Origin: Octopus sinensis
Taxonomy: Eukaryota
Reading direction: 5' to 3'
NCBI RefSeq assembly: GCF_006345805.1
Contig: NC_042998.1
Location: 125,178,001-125,242,000 of the forward strand
DNA length: 64,000 bases
The notes below the pieces were generated by a model. That model had not been told where the DNA came from. It was given only the letters and a program-made list of their open reading frames with translations, and did not search any database. Made by a program: the position numbers and the translations under genes. Of the stretch, positions 50,151 through 63,431 are shown piece by piece; the stretch's first letter is position 1, and each line of letters starts with the position of its first letter.

Positions 50151-52814
50151 TAATGTCTTAACTCGGAATTTTAGATTAAATTGTTGGTCTTTTTCGGTCA
50201 GTAAGACTATGACTCAGTGTTGAATCTCTGATGTATTTAAATCGGCCATTTAAAAATATTCTTTAAATATTAGTACACTTTAGAACAAGGATCGGGAGAA
50301 TTGGAAGACTGGTGGACAAAGTGGCTTAAAATGTAAAGAGATGAATCTTAAATAATTAGTGTTCAAATTCCACCATTTTCAATTTGGCTTCCCAGGAAGC
50401 ACTGCAGTTAGTATAATCGTCTGAAAACCATCTCAGTAAACATTTCCTATATTGAAGTGTGTGTGCGTGTTCGTACTGGTCCGGTTGGATAGATAAAATA
50501 TGCGTGTTTAGCATGAATATTTAAGTGAAGAAAATTTGTGGCATTTATTATTCATTTAATTTCAATATAATTCAATAACGGAGTGTGTATGTGTTGTGCG
50601 TGTTTCTATAAATTATGTTGAATTACCATAAACACAAAACTCTAGTGACGTACAATAGAATTGTCTATATAAAATAATATACAACACAGCTTTTTTTTTT
50701 TTGTTTTATTACAATAATACTCAATTTTGTAGAACTACATACGCTTAGTCTGTGAGTATTCCAGACACACAGTCTTTAATTTTGTATAAGTTAGAGGAAT
50801 ACAGGTACTAATCATACTCTTTCCAGGTTAATTATTATTGTGAAACGGGAACAGTTAATGAGCTTCATTAAGTGAATGTTCAGTTTGAATACTTAACAGT
50901 TAATGTTTGTTGCACAGGCCTTGTGTGAGCACAAGTATAAGTCTGCTACGGATGCATTTGTGTTTAGTCTAAGAGACGAGTGTTCAGAGTTGAGAGTACT
51001 GTTTTATTTTTAACCCAGTGATAAACAAGACACTGTTAGTCAACTCTATAAATATCATTTCCCAATGTGTGTTTTGCAGACATTTCTAGACTAAAATGGT
51101 GCTTTTAATATTTATTTGTATCTCTATGGTTGAAGACGTAGGTAGGAATAATTCAGAGAGTTAGCCGGCGTGTTTAGTGCAGGATTTGGAAAGTTCTCTA
51201 ATCCTGGAAAAGAAACTTAGTTTTTTGTTTTTCTGGTACAAAATGGCTATGTGAAAGAAGTATAGTTTATTTCTTTAAGATAGGTTTGTTTTCTTGAAAT
51301 AAATATTTTCTTTTTTTCTTTCGATGCAGTTGAATCGTGCGATATTTTCGAGATTTCTTGTTTTTGAGAATATGCATGCTTGGAAGAATGTGATCTCATT
51401 ATCGACACATCTTCATTCAGAAAACTTTTCCTCATTGTACTTTGCATACCCAAGTGTCTGGTCCTTGCATCAGAGAGCATCTCAACAGATGTACTTTAGT
51501 GTATAACTCTGTGTTGTAGTCAGTCATTGTATCATTAGATGAGGTGTGTCACCTTGACTTTGCCAAATCAAATTCTTAGCTGTTTAAGGCATCGCTGTGT
51601 GTCTGTGCATGTACAAACTACATAAAATACATGGTTAGCTAGGACATGAACTAAGTTTAAGGTAGAAGATTTAAAATTTCGGGAAATATATCCGAAATGT
51701 ATTCCTTTTAGTTCTACATCAAAACCTGAAACTATCCCAAACCATACGATTATGATGACGCAGTACAAGAGGGTGACTAATGTGTAGAACTTTATACTGA
51801 AAGTGATCGGAAGTTAAAATAATGCGCAATCAACAACACCGTCTGAATTTTACTGTTCTTTTCTACGAGGTATATCTACAGCTATATTGATTTGGCCTGC
51901 GAAACCTAAGTTTCATTTTTATCAGCCAAAGTGCAGCCACTTACTTTATACAACGCAAATTTCATCCTATGATACCTTATGAATTTTCAGTTAATACTGT
52001 GAGGTGTGAGAAGTCATATCTTTTTACATTCTTATCACATTCAATCTAACGATGACCTAATGTTAATGTAACACAATTTGCTGAGGGACTTTAGTTATCC
52101 TGGTCTTGACGAAAGATACACAAGTTCAAATAACATTAATGCCGCTATTCTATTCCCTTTACTCAGTATAGCAATTTCATTCTACTTACCTAATACTAAA
52201 TCAGGTAAGCCAAACAGAAATGAATAAACGATATATGATGGTTAGAGCATAGTCACGTAGTCGTCTATAAGCGCCTGAGCGATGGCTTCTCCAGTACTCA
52301 ACTTACTAGAAGCAGCAGTTAAATTTCCCCTCAAATCGTACCTTTTTTGTTTAAAAAAAATTGGGGGAAATAGATTAGGTATCTAATCCTAGATATACAG
52401 TATCTGAATAAAAATTAAATAAATGGTCATCGCTGAAACGCTTTTTATCACAGGTTTACTTAATCATCAGTGACTCGAGATTAAAGAACAAAAATTCTTC
52501 TAATGCCATGGCAGATAAGAAAAAGGAGAAATGAAGATGGGTATTTAATTACAAAACACAGAGCCACGAATTAATATGTAGTTTTGAGTTACAATTGTTT
52601 GATTAATGTAAATTCTTTTAAAGATTGTCGTAGGACTTGGACTGACTATGGTTTTTGTAGCATCAATGGGATGGAAATGCTGCTCGTTTATGGCAGCAGA
52701 TTTCTCTGGGAACTAGCATCCTTATTTTGTAAACCAGAGAGCATACATACAATTTTTCCGAGATGTTATTATCAAACTCGACAGTTCTTGGCTATTACTA
52801 TGATGATGATTATT

Positions 52815-53260
52815 AAGGCGGAGAGCCAGCAGAGGCATTAGCACTCTAGGCAATATACTTAGCGAAAATTCGTCCGTCTTTATACTCTGAGTTCAGATTC
52901 CTTCGGGGTCGATTTTACCTTTCATCCTTTAGGGGTCGATAAAATAAGTACACGTTGATCACTGGGGTCGATGTAATCGACTTATCCCCGCCCCTGAAAT
53001 TGCTGGCTTGGTGCCAAAATTTGAAATTGTTATTATTCTTCTGATTAAGGCGGCGTGCTGGCAGAATCGTTAGCACGCCAGGCAAAATGCTTAGCGGTGT
53101 TTCGTCCGTTTTTACGCTCTAAGTTTTTATTCCGCTAAGGTCGACTTTGCATTTCGTTCTACCGATATCGATAAAATAAGTATCAGTTGAACACTGTCAT
53201 CGATGTAAATGACCGATCCCCGAACTTGCAAGCCCTGTACCGAAATTTGAAACTAATATA
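52815..53260 (+). mobile_element. Two tandem SINE family A copies
   Basis: Heads at ~52815 and ~53047 (aaggcgg...). Confidence 0.8.
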
Positions 53261-53836
53261 ATTTTTCTGAATATCAAAAGTCCTTAGTAAGTGATGGTGG
53301 TTTTACGTTCTTAGTGCAAATCTTCTTGATTTGACTTAGACTTATATTTCTCTGAGGTCACCAAAATAATAACTGACAGTATATTGTGAATTTAACTCCC
53401 GCTAAGTTTCTCTTTGCCTTTCATTCCAAAGGATTCGGCAAAATAAGTACCAGTTATATACTTGACTTGAGTCAACTTTACGAACCCATCAGTAAAACAA
53501 AAACCGTGATCCCACACTTAAATAAGTGATATTTTTGTTTCGTTTCTCTTGTTGTTCCAGTATTTTTTATATAAATAGCTCAGAAAAATGTCCTTCAGAT
53601 CTATATGATTGCACAAATAAGTATTGCAATTGATATCTCCAATATTCTGTTAGTTTCATCCTATATTTTTCTAAAGTTTGCATTAGCATTGATTTTTCTT
53701 TAAGTAAGATAACGCTGTTATTGGCATCAGTAGGTCTTCTAAGCGGATCTGGTGACCATATCAGACGAGTTTTGTAGCTTCTATTAATGGAAAAGCTGAG
53801 AATATGGTTATCTTCATTTAAACTCTCTTCGTCTCC

Positions 53837-54012
53837 ATGTATATATGTATGTATAATAAATAAATATATATATACATACATACATACATACAAGTATGTG
53901 TATATATGTATATATATATATATATGTAAATATGTATACATATGTGTATATATATGTATGTATATATGTATGTGTATATATATATGTGTGTATATACATA
54001 TGTGTGTATATA

Positions 54013-54043
<31 letters not shown>

Positions 54044-54195
54044 ATATATATATGTGTGTATGTGTGTGTGTATGTGTGTGTGTATATATGTTGTGTGTGT
54101 ATATATGTTGTGTGTGTATATATATGTGTGTGTATATATATATGTGTATACATATATACATATATATATATACACGCATACAATTGCAACCATAC
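53837..54195. repeat. Long compound (TA)/(TG)/(TATG) microsatellite
   Basis: Direct inspection; source of spurious His/Ile/Tyr/Cys/Val ORFs. Confidence 0.95.
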
Positions 54196-54344
54196 GTGTT
54201 TGAATATTTAAATGAAGGCATTCTTTATTTTGTGCGTGTTAATTGAATTTGCTGTGTTGAGTACGAAACAAAAGAAGTAGATGTTTCAATTATATATTCA
54301 TATATATATATATAAACCAATATTTAAGCACATACAATGATTGT

Positions 54345-55125
54345 GGGTACATCTATACGTAGATGAGATCCACAAGACGGGCAAAGCTGGCAGCGGGAAT
54401 ACCATTTCGGTGTTCTATAGAGGGCTAGTAGAGGCAAAAAACGGTAACGTCCTAGGAGGGGCTCTGGAGTTCGATGAGAACCAACTTGCCAACCTGTTCA
54501 AAAAAACTTTCAGGCCGGGGTATTTGGATAACTTCCAAAAATCCCTGACCTGGCAGTGTTATAGGAACGCTTTACCTGTTCGAGATAAGTTATCCAGGCA
54601 CGGAATACCAGTGTCACCGACGTGTCCAAGATGCGGGCTGGACAATGAAACTGTCCAGCACGCTATTGTACAATGTCGAGAGCTAGCCAGCTTGATAAGT
54701 TACGTCGAACACGTGCCTTCGCATTTGGGGCGAGTACAGCTGTCAGCTGAATCTATAATAAAGATTATACCGCCAACTGGACCCACAAAGGAAGGTAAGG
54801 CATGTTTTTACTGTACGGTTGCAGTACTGAAAGATTGTGTTTGGAGAACGAGAATGGAAGGTTCTGTGATAAGGTCCTTCATCTCTGGCCCCGGTTTGCT
54901 GTCTTACTTCAGATACCATCTGAAGAGCAAGATTGGGTTGGAGAGGAAGACCCTGCCACCGAGAGAATACGAGAAACGATGGAAGGATGTGATGAGAAAG
55001 GTGGGTGTTAGTAACCCAGCTTAATATTTGACGAAAGGAAAAGAAAGTTGCTGGGCCTTATAGGCTGCCGGGTTCGATCTTTTTATTCGTTTTCTTGCTT
55101 TGTTTTCTTATGTATTAAAAAAAAA
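54345..55125 (+). mobile_element. 5'-truncated Tx1-like LINE 3' end (ORF2 C-terminal zinc-finger region, 3'UTR, A tail)
   Basis: ORF 54341-55024: PGYLDNFQKSLTWQCYRNALPV...CPRCGLDNETVQHAIVQC...KRWK; homologous to the 17132-17700 region; ends ATTAAAAAAAAA. Confidence 0.88.
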
Positions 55126-55644
55126 GTTCTAGTCTAAGGTTAAATTAACCGTGTATAAAATATATTTTAGTAAATTTTTAAATGATATGCGAACATTTTT
55201 TGTTTTTGTTTGTCCCGTGTTGTCCCATTCTATATAAGATCGTCCTGATCATAATAAAGATTCCATCTATACGTAGGTGAGTGCTAAACATGCACACGTA
55301 TATATTATGTACAAGGCATCGTGAGTCAGAAGAACTGAAATAATGGTTATTAGAAAGCTTAGCTATGAGAGAAATAGAATAACGCAAGTACAATCTTTCT
55401 GCACTTTTGACGTGTGGAAAAGCGGAGTCTCCAGGCGGACCGGTTTAAGATTCCATTGCTCCTCAGAGAAGACATACTCGGCTTCTTTTCGTAATCATTA
55501 ATATACAGTATTCACTCGATTTATTAGTCATAAATTAAGTTATTATTTGTAGTTGGTATCTTTAATTTCGATGTTTGGGCTTTTGACGGCTCACTGGGTA
55601 TATATATATATATATGCGCGTACACACACACACACACTCAGTAT

Positions 55645-55845
55645 CACAGAGTGCTAAAAAGTCCCTGGCTTTGAGTAAAAGAAAATACAGGATAATCAGT
55701 TAATTATGATTTTATTCAACATATTCCCCTCTCAGATGCACACACTTATTGTAGCGGTCCTTCAGTTTTTCTAAGCCCTATAAAAGTATTCGTAAGCTTG
55801 AACCTCAACCAAGCCTTTCGCGATACCCTTAAAGTCAGGAACAAC
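55645..55845. mobile_element. Short mariner-derived non-autonomous element
   Basis: Ends tgctaaaaagtccctggcttt / taaagtcaggaac are imperfect inverted repeats resembling mariner TIRs; internal gattttattcaacatattcccctctcaga. Confidence 0.55.
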
Positions 55846-56556
55846 AGAATGTTAATCAAGAGGCTTAAGATATAAATTCAGATATTAGAACGCTTAGCTG
55901 TGAGACAAGTACAAGAATGTAAATATATTCTCTGCTTTTGATGTACAGAAAAAGAGGGCAAGTGTTGTGACTGATTGTTTCAGTGATTGTTGACTGCTCT
56001 TCTTAATTCCCCTAGAAAACATTTAGGTACCTAAGCAGAAGCTTATGTACGCTATAGTTATAATTTCTGATCATCTTTCGAAATGCTCAGTAACTCGATA
56101 TTGATGTTATTGAAAGGCATGATTCTGTGGTTTCTGTCTTAGAGAATAGTTCTGAGTCACTGAGATGTTTGCCTCTTGTATATAGCACATACGTATAAAC
56201 GCCATTGAAATGGTGTTTATACGTTGAATATGATACACAAGTGATTATTTCAACTTAATTCTGTTTCGATTGCGTACTCCGAGTTTATTTCATCCCTACA
56301 AGCCTTCCACAAAATCAATGAAAGTATTATTCATTTTCAATATATCGGGGAGGATAAATTTTGTTTAGGCATGTAACAAGTCACCGCTGAGATAATGTTT
56401 GTCTGGCTCCGATATATATTGTTTTTTACACAAAATATCTACGAAGAAATTTTCTCTCAAACAAAAAACACTGCATCATACCTTTAAATAGTGTATATAT
56501 GTTAAGTATGGTACACATATTTTAAAGACTGTTATTTATAACCCTCATCATTTTAA

Positions 56557-56750
56557 TGCGGTGAGCTGGCAGAACTGTTGGTAGCATTTTGTCCATCTTT
56601 ACGTTCTGAGTTCAAAGGCTGTCGAGGTCGATTTGCCATTCATCCTATCGAGATGGCTAAAATAAGCACCAGTCAAACACTGGGATTGATGTAATCAACT
56701 GTTCCCTACTGCCAAAATTTAAGTCCTTGTGCCTATAGCAGAAAAGATTA
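56557..56750 (+). mobile_element. SINE family A copy
   Basis: gcggtgagctggcagaa head and body. Confidence 0.75.
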
Positions 56751-57587
56751 TTATTGAGGCGTGTTTCAGTATTTCCTAGGGAATTATTATTCTCTAAGAA
56801 TTTCTGAAACGCGTCTCAATTCTAATAAGGTAAACTCGGGGAATTGCAAGTTTAGTTTCAACAATATTTAGTTTCAACTTTTTTTCCAATGCTTATTTTG
56901 CTTAACGGCTAATCCGGGCTTGATTCAAATTTCTGTTACAGAGAGAGGCAGGCAGTTGCACTGTTTATTTTATTTTCAACAGAGTTATCTTCTTTGTAAT
57001 GTCTATGCTATTCTTTATGTAACTTCTGTTCAATTCTAATATAGCAGGTACGGAATGACCGTTTTGTTATTTTGTATATCCAAGACTACATTACCCAATG
57101 TGTTTTTTATACCCTTTATACGTGAATTTGTTAAAAAAGTACTGATATGATTCAATCAACTATACATTTTTGTCTTGAATAATTTATTCCTTTCTGGGAT
57201 GGTGGATTATTTTTTTTTTTTAGTTCTAGATTTTTCTTACTTATAACTATTTCAGTTAACACAATTCATGTCTTCTGGGCGAGTATAAATGCCACAACCA
57301 GTTCACTCTACTCTCTAAATCCAAATCTTATAAGGAATCATTGTTCTAAGTCTGAGGACATTTCTAAGAAATTAATGAATGCTGGATATAGTTTGAAATC
57401 GTATTAAGGGATTCAATACTACTGGATTCGACATCTTTTGAAGTCGATAAAATGCATGCCAGTAATATATTGATATGAAAGCAATCCTATATATCCATTC
57501 ATTGCAAAACTGACCTTATTCTTTGACTAAAATTTTACATAAATCTATTATTTTAATATTCATATATTTATATTACTTTCATTGCAG

Positions 57588-57984
57588 GTAACAAGTGCTG
57601 AACTGGAAACACGTATATTCCACAACACATCCCTTTTGTCTATAATTGAACCAGCCACAAAATGTGAATCTTTTCAAAAGCTTCTTTCTGAACTGCGTCA
57701 AAGAGCAGAAGACGATAAAAATGTACTTCGAGATTACAAATCTCTTCTACGTATGAGTGGTCTACCCTGCAACTCTGTACGGCTTGAAACTGTAGCTGTT
57801 GAGTTTCAAAAATTTTCCCACGGCTATTCAACAGCGTTGAAGCTCCTAAGCGAAGTACGATCAGAAAGAGGAGGATCAGACAGTGTAAGTCCTTGGGAAA
57901 TGTCTTCAGAGGATCCTAATTTAACAGATCGACGAAATTTATGTGGCGCGCAACCTGATTTACAAGCATTTTCTGCTGTAACTG
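57588..57984 (+). CDS. Next coding exon (397 nt) of the same gene (VTSAELETRIFHNTSLLSIIEP...LQAFSAVT)
   Basis: ORF 57582-58127. AT-rich/pyrimidine tract plus TGCAG acceptor (AG 57586-57587), phase 0, matching the upstream donor to give HQRLLQ|VTSAELE. Donor ACTG|GTGAGT at 57985, phase 1. Confidence 0.88.
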
Positions 57985-60454
57985 GTGAGTGTTTCTTTTA
58001 TTCGTGGTCATCTTTTATTGTTTATATTATGCAAAGCCATTTTCCTCCTTCTAAATTGAGGAATAGTAGTGAAGTTAATATTCATTCCAGAATGTTGCGA
58101 GTTACTAGTTTGGAGGGAAATTTTTAATGAAAAGGCAGCAGAATGAACTAGCTATTAAGGAGGTTGGGAATTGGAATGCAGTCAGTGTGACTGGATATTA
58201 GAAATGGGCTCATCCATGGATAATACGAGTTATTACTTCAGATGATAATTGTAACTGACTGAAACCCACCACAGCGAAAGTTACTAAATCAAATCTGAAC
58301 GGGATATTATTTTGAATATCTGTATTTGGACGAGACATACTATGGAGAAAAGTATTGCATCAAATTTGAATTGCATCATTCTCTTTTTAATAATACGTAG
58401 GGTTTTATTCTTGCCAGAAGTAGCAATTCCTTTGATAATGTAATAAATTCGCGGAGAAAGGTATTGCCGGACCCTTTCTGTTCCTAGCATAAATTATTTT
58501 CTATGAATATCTTTCACTTTTGAGAGAAGTGTGACAATCTTCCGTTAAATTTTGTAGTATTGTATCAATGTAAGAAAATGCTATTGTCACTAATGTTTCA
58601 ATTAGCTAAACTTTTATGTTTGTACATTTGTGTTCCTTCAGTGATAATATGCTTGCTGTTGACAGTAAATGTAATTGTTTTGTCAATTAAATTTTTGTAT
58701 TGAGCTGTCTCTTTTCATCCGCATTTAGACTCGAATAGATAAATATTATAGTGGCGCAAATTGTAACCAAAGGGGATAGTTTCCAAAGTTTCCAAGTATC
58801 ATCTACTCAGAATATATAAAGATAGAATAGTTAATCAGAAGTTCAAATCATGTTTTGATATGATTATCTCTGATTTGCAGATTTTTTTTTTTAAATAATA
58901 GCTAAGAAAACATCTTTAGGTTGTATTCACATGATCTGTAAACATTTTGTAAATTATCTTGATATTGAAAATTAATTACATGCTTGGGCTCAGAAATTTT
59001 ATAATTTAAATTTGTGAATATTTATTGCCTGGAGCATCTTGCAACTTTACGAACAAATATTTTATGTAAATGTGATTCAAAACATTTTCCGAATATATGA
59101 ATATATTCTGTATTATGAACCACACCATGCCTATAAAAGAAAAGGTTCTGCTTGACTTGTTTTTGTTTGTTACTTTTTTCTTCTTGAATTTGTGTTGTCG
59201 ATTTCAACTGTACAACAGTTGTGCTTGATAAAACACCTTCATAAATTTCTAAGTGAAACTGCCTTTAGCTTATCTATTAACGCAAATTCTGAAGTCATAA
59301 AGGAGAGAGGAATACCAGTATATATGCTCATGTTGTTATTTAATAATTCATATGAACAAATGACAATGGGAATTCAACTATTCGAATACCATTTCCTACC
59401 ATTGAGAAAACACATTTCAATCGTCCAATGAAGTTTGTTCTTTCAATAAATAATTTGAATATCTGTGCTAGAAGAAAAAGATGTGATGATATAATGCGTA
59501 CTCTCAGATGAAAACTATGATATTGGAGACTTTCCGTTATAAGTGGCTTTCGGCAAAAACAACACTTATTTGTCCAAATGTAAACACAATTTTACTAGAA
59601 AAATATATCAAAACAGAAAAAGTTTAGTTTCAGAGAAAAATATATCCCATGTTAAAATGTATATCTGACTAAAGAAGGAAAAGAAAATCAAAACGTGATT
59701 CAGACTCGAGAACATCTAGAAAACTTTGTTGAATGAATTATTATGTTTTGCTTTTGCCTTTAGCTAAGCGCACCTTTATATTTTAATTAACGTAACGCTA
59801 TACAGTATACAGGAACCGAAACTAGGTTGACTTCATACTATAGTAATTATCTATGTATATCTCTTGGGTTGTGCCATTTCCTCTTCATGTTGAATCTAAT
59901 GGAATATTTAACTTGCTTCTCGAGAACTTATAATCATCATCATTGCTCTAGCTTAAGTGACCAGATCAGAGTTTCTTTCTTTAAGTTTCAAATATATATA
60001 ATAAAATGTTATTGCACTTATTGATATGCTAATTCAAAACTAATAAACACCACAACTTTTGCATTTTTACTCTTGTTTGATTATGGAAACTTATCCCACA
60101 CTTTTCACTTTTTCGTGAACTGTCTGCCGTTTCTCGCGCTCTTCGCGAAGAAGTTGCCTTCTCCCGCCTCTTCACGAGGAACCTGCCTTTTCCCGCGCTC
60201 TTTAGAGAAGTGTCCATACTTTCGCCTACGTTACGTCTTTTAAGCGTGCTTTTCTTGAGAGGATGTTATGTAGCGGCTTACTTCACACTATACTGATTGT
60301 AAATATTTTATTTATCGTTCTAAACATAATAGCCTTACAGCGCTCGCTAATTTAGTGTTGTTGTCTGTCAATCACAGTTGTAACCTGCTATGTCGGTAGT
60401 TTGTGCAAACGCATATACGCGTACTGCATGCAAGAATGTAGATACTTGTTTCTT

Positions 60455-60572
60455 TGTGTGCGTGCGTGCGTGCGTATGTATGTATGTATGTATGTATGTA
60501 TGTATGTATGTATGTATGTATGTATGTATGTATGTATGTATGTATGTATGTATGTATGTATGTATGTATGTA
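60455..60572. repeat. (TGCG)/(TATG)n microsatellite
   Basis: Direct inspection. Confidence 0.95.
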
Positions 60573-61005
60573 GAATTACTGGTAGACAGTAAATCTACTT
60601 TACATAATTTAGTTATACAGATTAAAGCAATTATAAATACAAAATCATATCGAAAGAAAGTGGTTTCCTACGCTACAATTTTTGTTCACCACCATCATCA
60701 TCATCATTATTATTATTATTTTAATTTCCATAGTTTCATTCATTAGTCAATGAATTTACAATTTTTCTTTAACACTTTCAAAATTATTCAATTTTCATAT
60801 GAAATTGGTGTTCCAAAATATCGTTACTTACTTAGTTCCCCCACCTACAACATACATTCTAGACTATCTTTTCTTTCGTTTATTAATTTTTGATTTTTTG
60901 TTTATCAGAAGAAATTAAAGTATATACATACTAAAAACAAATAAAAATAAAATCTGTTCGCGTTTTTGAAGCAAAGCGAATTACAGAAAGTCTAAATTAA
61001 ATTTT

Positions 61006-61041
61006 AACACACGCACGCACGCACGCACGCATACACACACA

Positions 61042-61092
<51 letters not shown>
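61006..61092. repeat. (GCAC)/(AC)/(AT)n microsatellite
   Basis: Direct inspection. Confidence 0.95.
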
Positions 61093-61094
<2 letters not shown>

Positions 61095-61489
61095 CTTTGT
61101 GTGCGAGAGAAACACTGTTTTTCGTTGTTGTTTCTGTATTTTTCTTTCATAACTTTACTAAATATATGAATTAGTGTGTATTTTACTTCCTTAAGTATAC
61201 TTATTAGAGTCACGTCGACGGCTTTGTTACTTGTACACGACACTTTTACTGTAAGGAGAGTCTCTATGGCTTTAATTCTGAATTTTGTAGTTCAATGCCT
61301 ACCTTCACGGAAGTCGTCCTATAAATACCTCCTCATGAGTTGAAAAAATATATTAGATTATTTTAATCAAACAGAAGTTAATTTTGCACAATAGCTTATC
61401 AGTATTTTCTTACATCATCCCATTCTTCAGCTTTGGGGAGTTATTTTTCTATTTGCTTGGTCTTGAGTAAGGGGTATTGTCAATAACTT

Positions 61490-62280
61490 ATGCATGCCCT
61501 TCAAGAGTAGTAAGATTTACACTATTAATGCTTTCCTTAAACCTTTATCTATCACACCAGCTGGAAATATGAGCGGAGAGGGAATTCTAAAGGGCCGACA
61601 TTCTGGGAAGGAAGGATTAGGCATAGGAAACATGGGTGATGAAAGGAGGGACAATCGAGCAGGCCTGGAATGGAGATAGCAAGAGTCCACAGAGACCCGA
61701 AAAACAGAGGTCATTATAAAAAAGATATAAATGGGGACAGTGAACCGGTAAATCAGATTCGAAAGTCTGTGAGTAACTTTATGCCAGTCAATCAAGTGAC
61801 TTTTTTTCTGGATTCCGTCTCGGATGTTTGTGTGTAGCAACAGCACCGACCCAGTTGCGAGATCAATACTGCATTGTGGCCTTCTCCTGTTCGTAGTTGG
61901 AATATCTTCTGGCTCTAAAATGAAGGGCCATTACTTGCGTTTAGATTTGGCCAGGTAAGCGATTTTGAAGAGTCTAGTTAAGTGCTGTCCATATTTAAAA
62001 GGGGGTATGACTTTTTCTTGCTGTTGAGATAAAATTGATATAAGCTTGTTGGCGGATGCTTTTCACATCTCTGTTCATAGTGTGTAGCATCTAGGTTGGG
62101 TATGCATAATGCATGACCGGGAAATGTAAGTCTCATCTACATAATAGTGGGTGTTGTCAGATGTTGCAGCATATAAGTCATTGATGTATAAAAGGGAGTG
62201 GAGGACAATATTGAAGCCTGGGTGGGGGCACACCGGATTTGATAGAATGAAGGGCAGAAAAAACTGACAACACATACAGG
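61490..62280 (-). mobile_element. Decayed LINE RT C-terminal fragment (jockey/CR1/L2 group)
   Basis: ORF 62075-62275 LLYINDLYAATSDNTHYYVDE (FINDL...YADD-like); ORF 61517-61846 DGIQKK...IYR...HSRPARLS, similar to post-RT regions of this group. Confidence 0.65.
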
Positions 62281-63388
62281 AGTATTATCTGATAAACTAC
62301 TGATCCAAGAGGTGAGAGACAGGTTTCATTTTCGGTATTTTTATAGAGTATTGTCTCTTACTGAAGACGACGAAATACAAAAACTAATTTTAAATAATTA
62401 GTGAAAATATTTAAAATATAAACATTGAACTAGGTTATGTTTTCTAAAAAAAATCGCAACCCTTTTTAAACACCAATGTCCCCCATAGCGCCCCTTGCAA
62501 TCCCCTCAAAGCTGGCAAGATGACACTTTCCAGGTTAACCACTGATCTACGTGAAAATTCACCCTGCTGGAAATAAAAACCAAATTCCCTCGAATCATGA
62601 TTTACTGCCTTTAAACAAAAAATATACATTGTATAATGTAATCCGCGATACTTCCAGAAAGATAGAATGATCAAAGCTGGAATGCTTTTGATCTTGTTTA
62701 TTCAATCCGGGCTGACCTGACAATAAACAACACTTCTTCACTACTACACTATATTGCGTTACACGAAAACACAAAATCCTGAGTTAGTAATGCTTCAATA
62801 TTTTTTCTCTTCTATAAAATATACAGTACATCAGGAATGATCTGACTTTGATTTTACCATTAGAGAAAACCATATATCAAAATTCGACTGCTACAAAATA
62901 GACCAGTTACCAACTATTGCAGAAATATCGGAATGAGTTACAGTTTTGTAATAGTGACTAATATCGACTTGAGGTCACATCCATGTGACTACATTACTAC
63001 ACGACTTTTCACTATTCTCTGTCACACTATTACCCAACGTGTCGCTGAACTGTACAACACTACACGGGGCCAGGAACTTCATTCTAATTCGAGCCACATT
63101 TTTGTTCGACTAGCTAGAAATACCAGCTAATTCGCCTTTAAATCATAGTACTACTTCGTCCATAAATTAACTTATAGTAATTTAATACTTCAAATCAAAT
63201 TCTATGTAACTCTCAGCTCAGAAATATTGTGACGTATGTTTTCCTATTTCTACTAGTACGACCGATATCTTCCTGAACTTGCTAGCTATTTTAAAGGGCC
63301 ACACTCTCCAATGTATCATTACGAATAAAGAATGTAACTTCATTTTTAGCCGTACTAAATACATTGCTCCTGATGTTTCTCTTCTAGA

Positions 63389-63392
<4 letters not shown>

Positions 63393-63429
<37 letters not shown>
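63393..63429. repeat. (TG)n microsatellite
   Basis: Direct inspection. Confidence 0.95.

Positions 63430-63431
<2 letters not shown>

Larger units (their letters stand above)
32844..57587 (+). other. Predicted GT-AG intron, 24,744 nt
   Basis: Canonical splice sites with compatible phase 0. No other convincing coding exon seen in between, although small exons cannot be excluded. Confidence 0.7.

Noticed and set aside
53567-54246. Long ORFs (up to 208 aa) rich in His/Ile/Tyr/Thr or Cys/Val; similar ORFs at 35-421, 3579-3864, 3947-4653, 12116-12595, 60390-60746
   Set aside because: Translations of (TA)/(TG)/(ATAC) microsatellites that lack stop codons; not genes.
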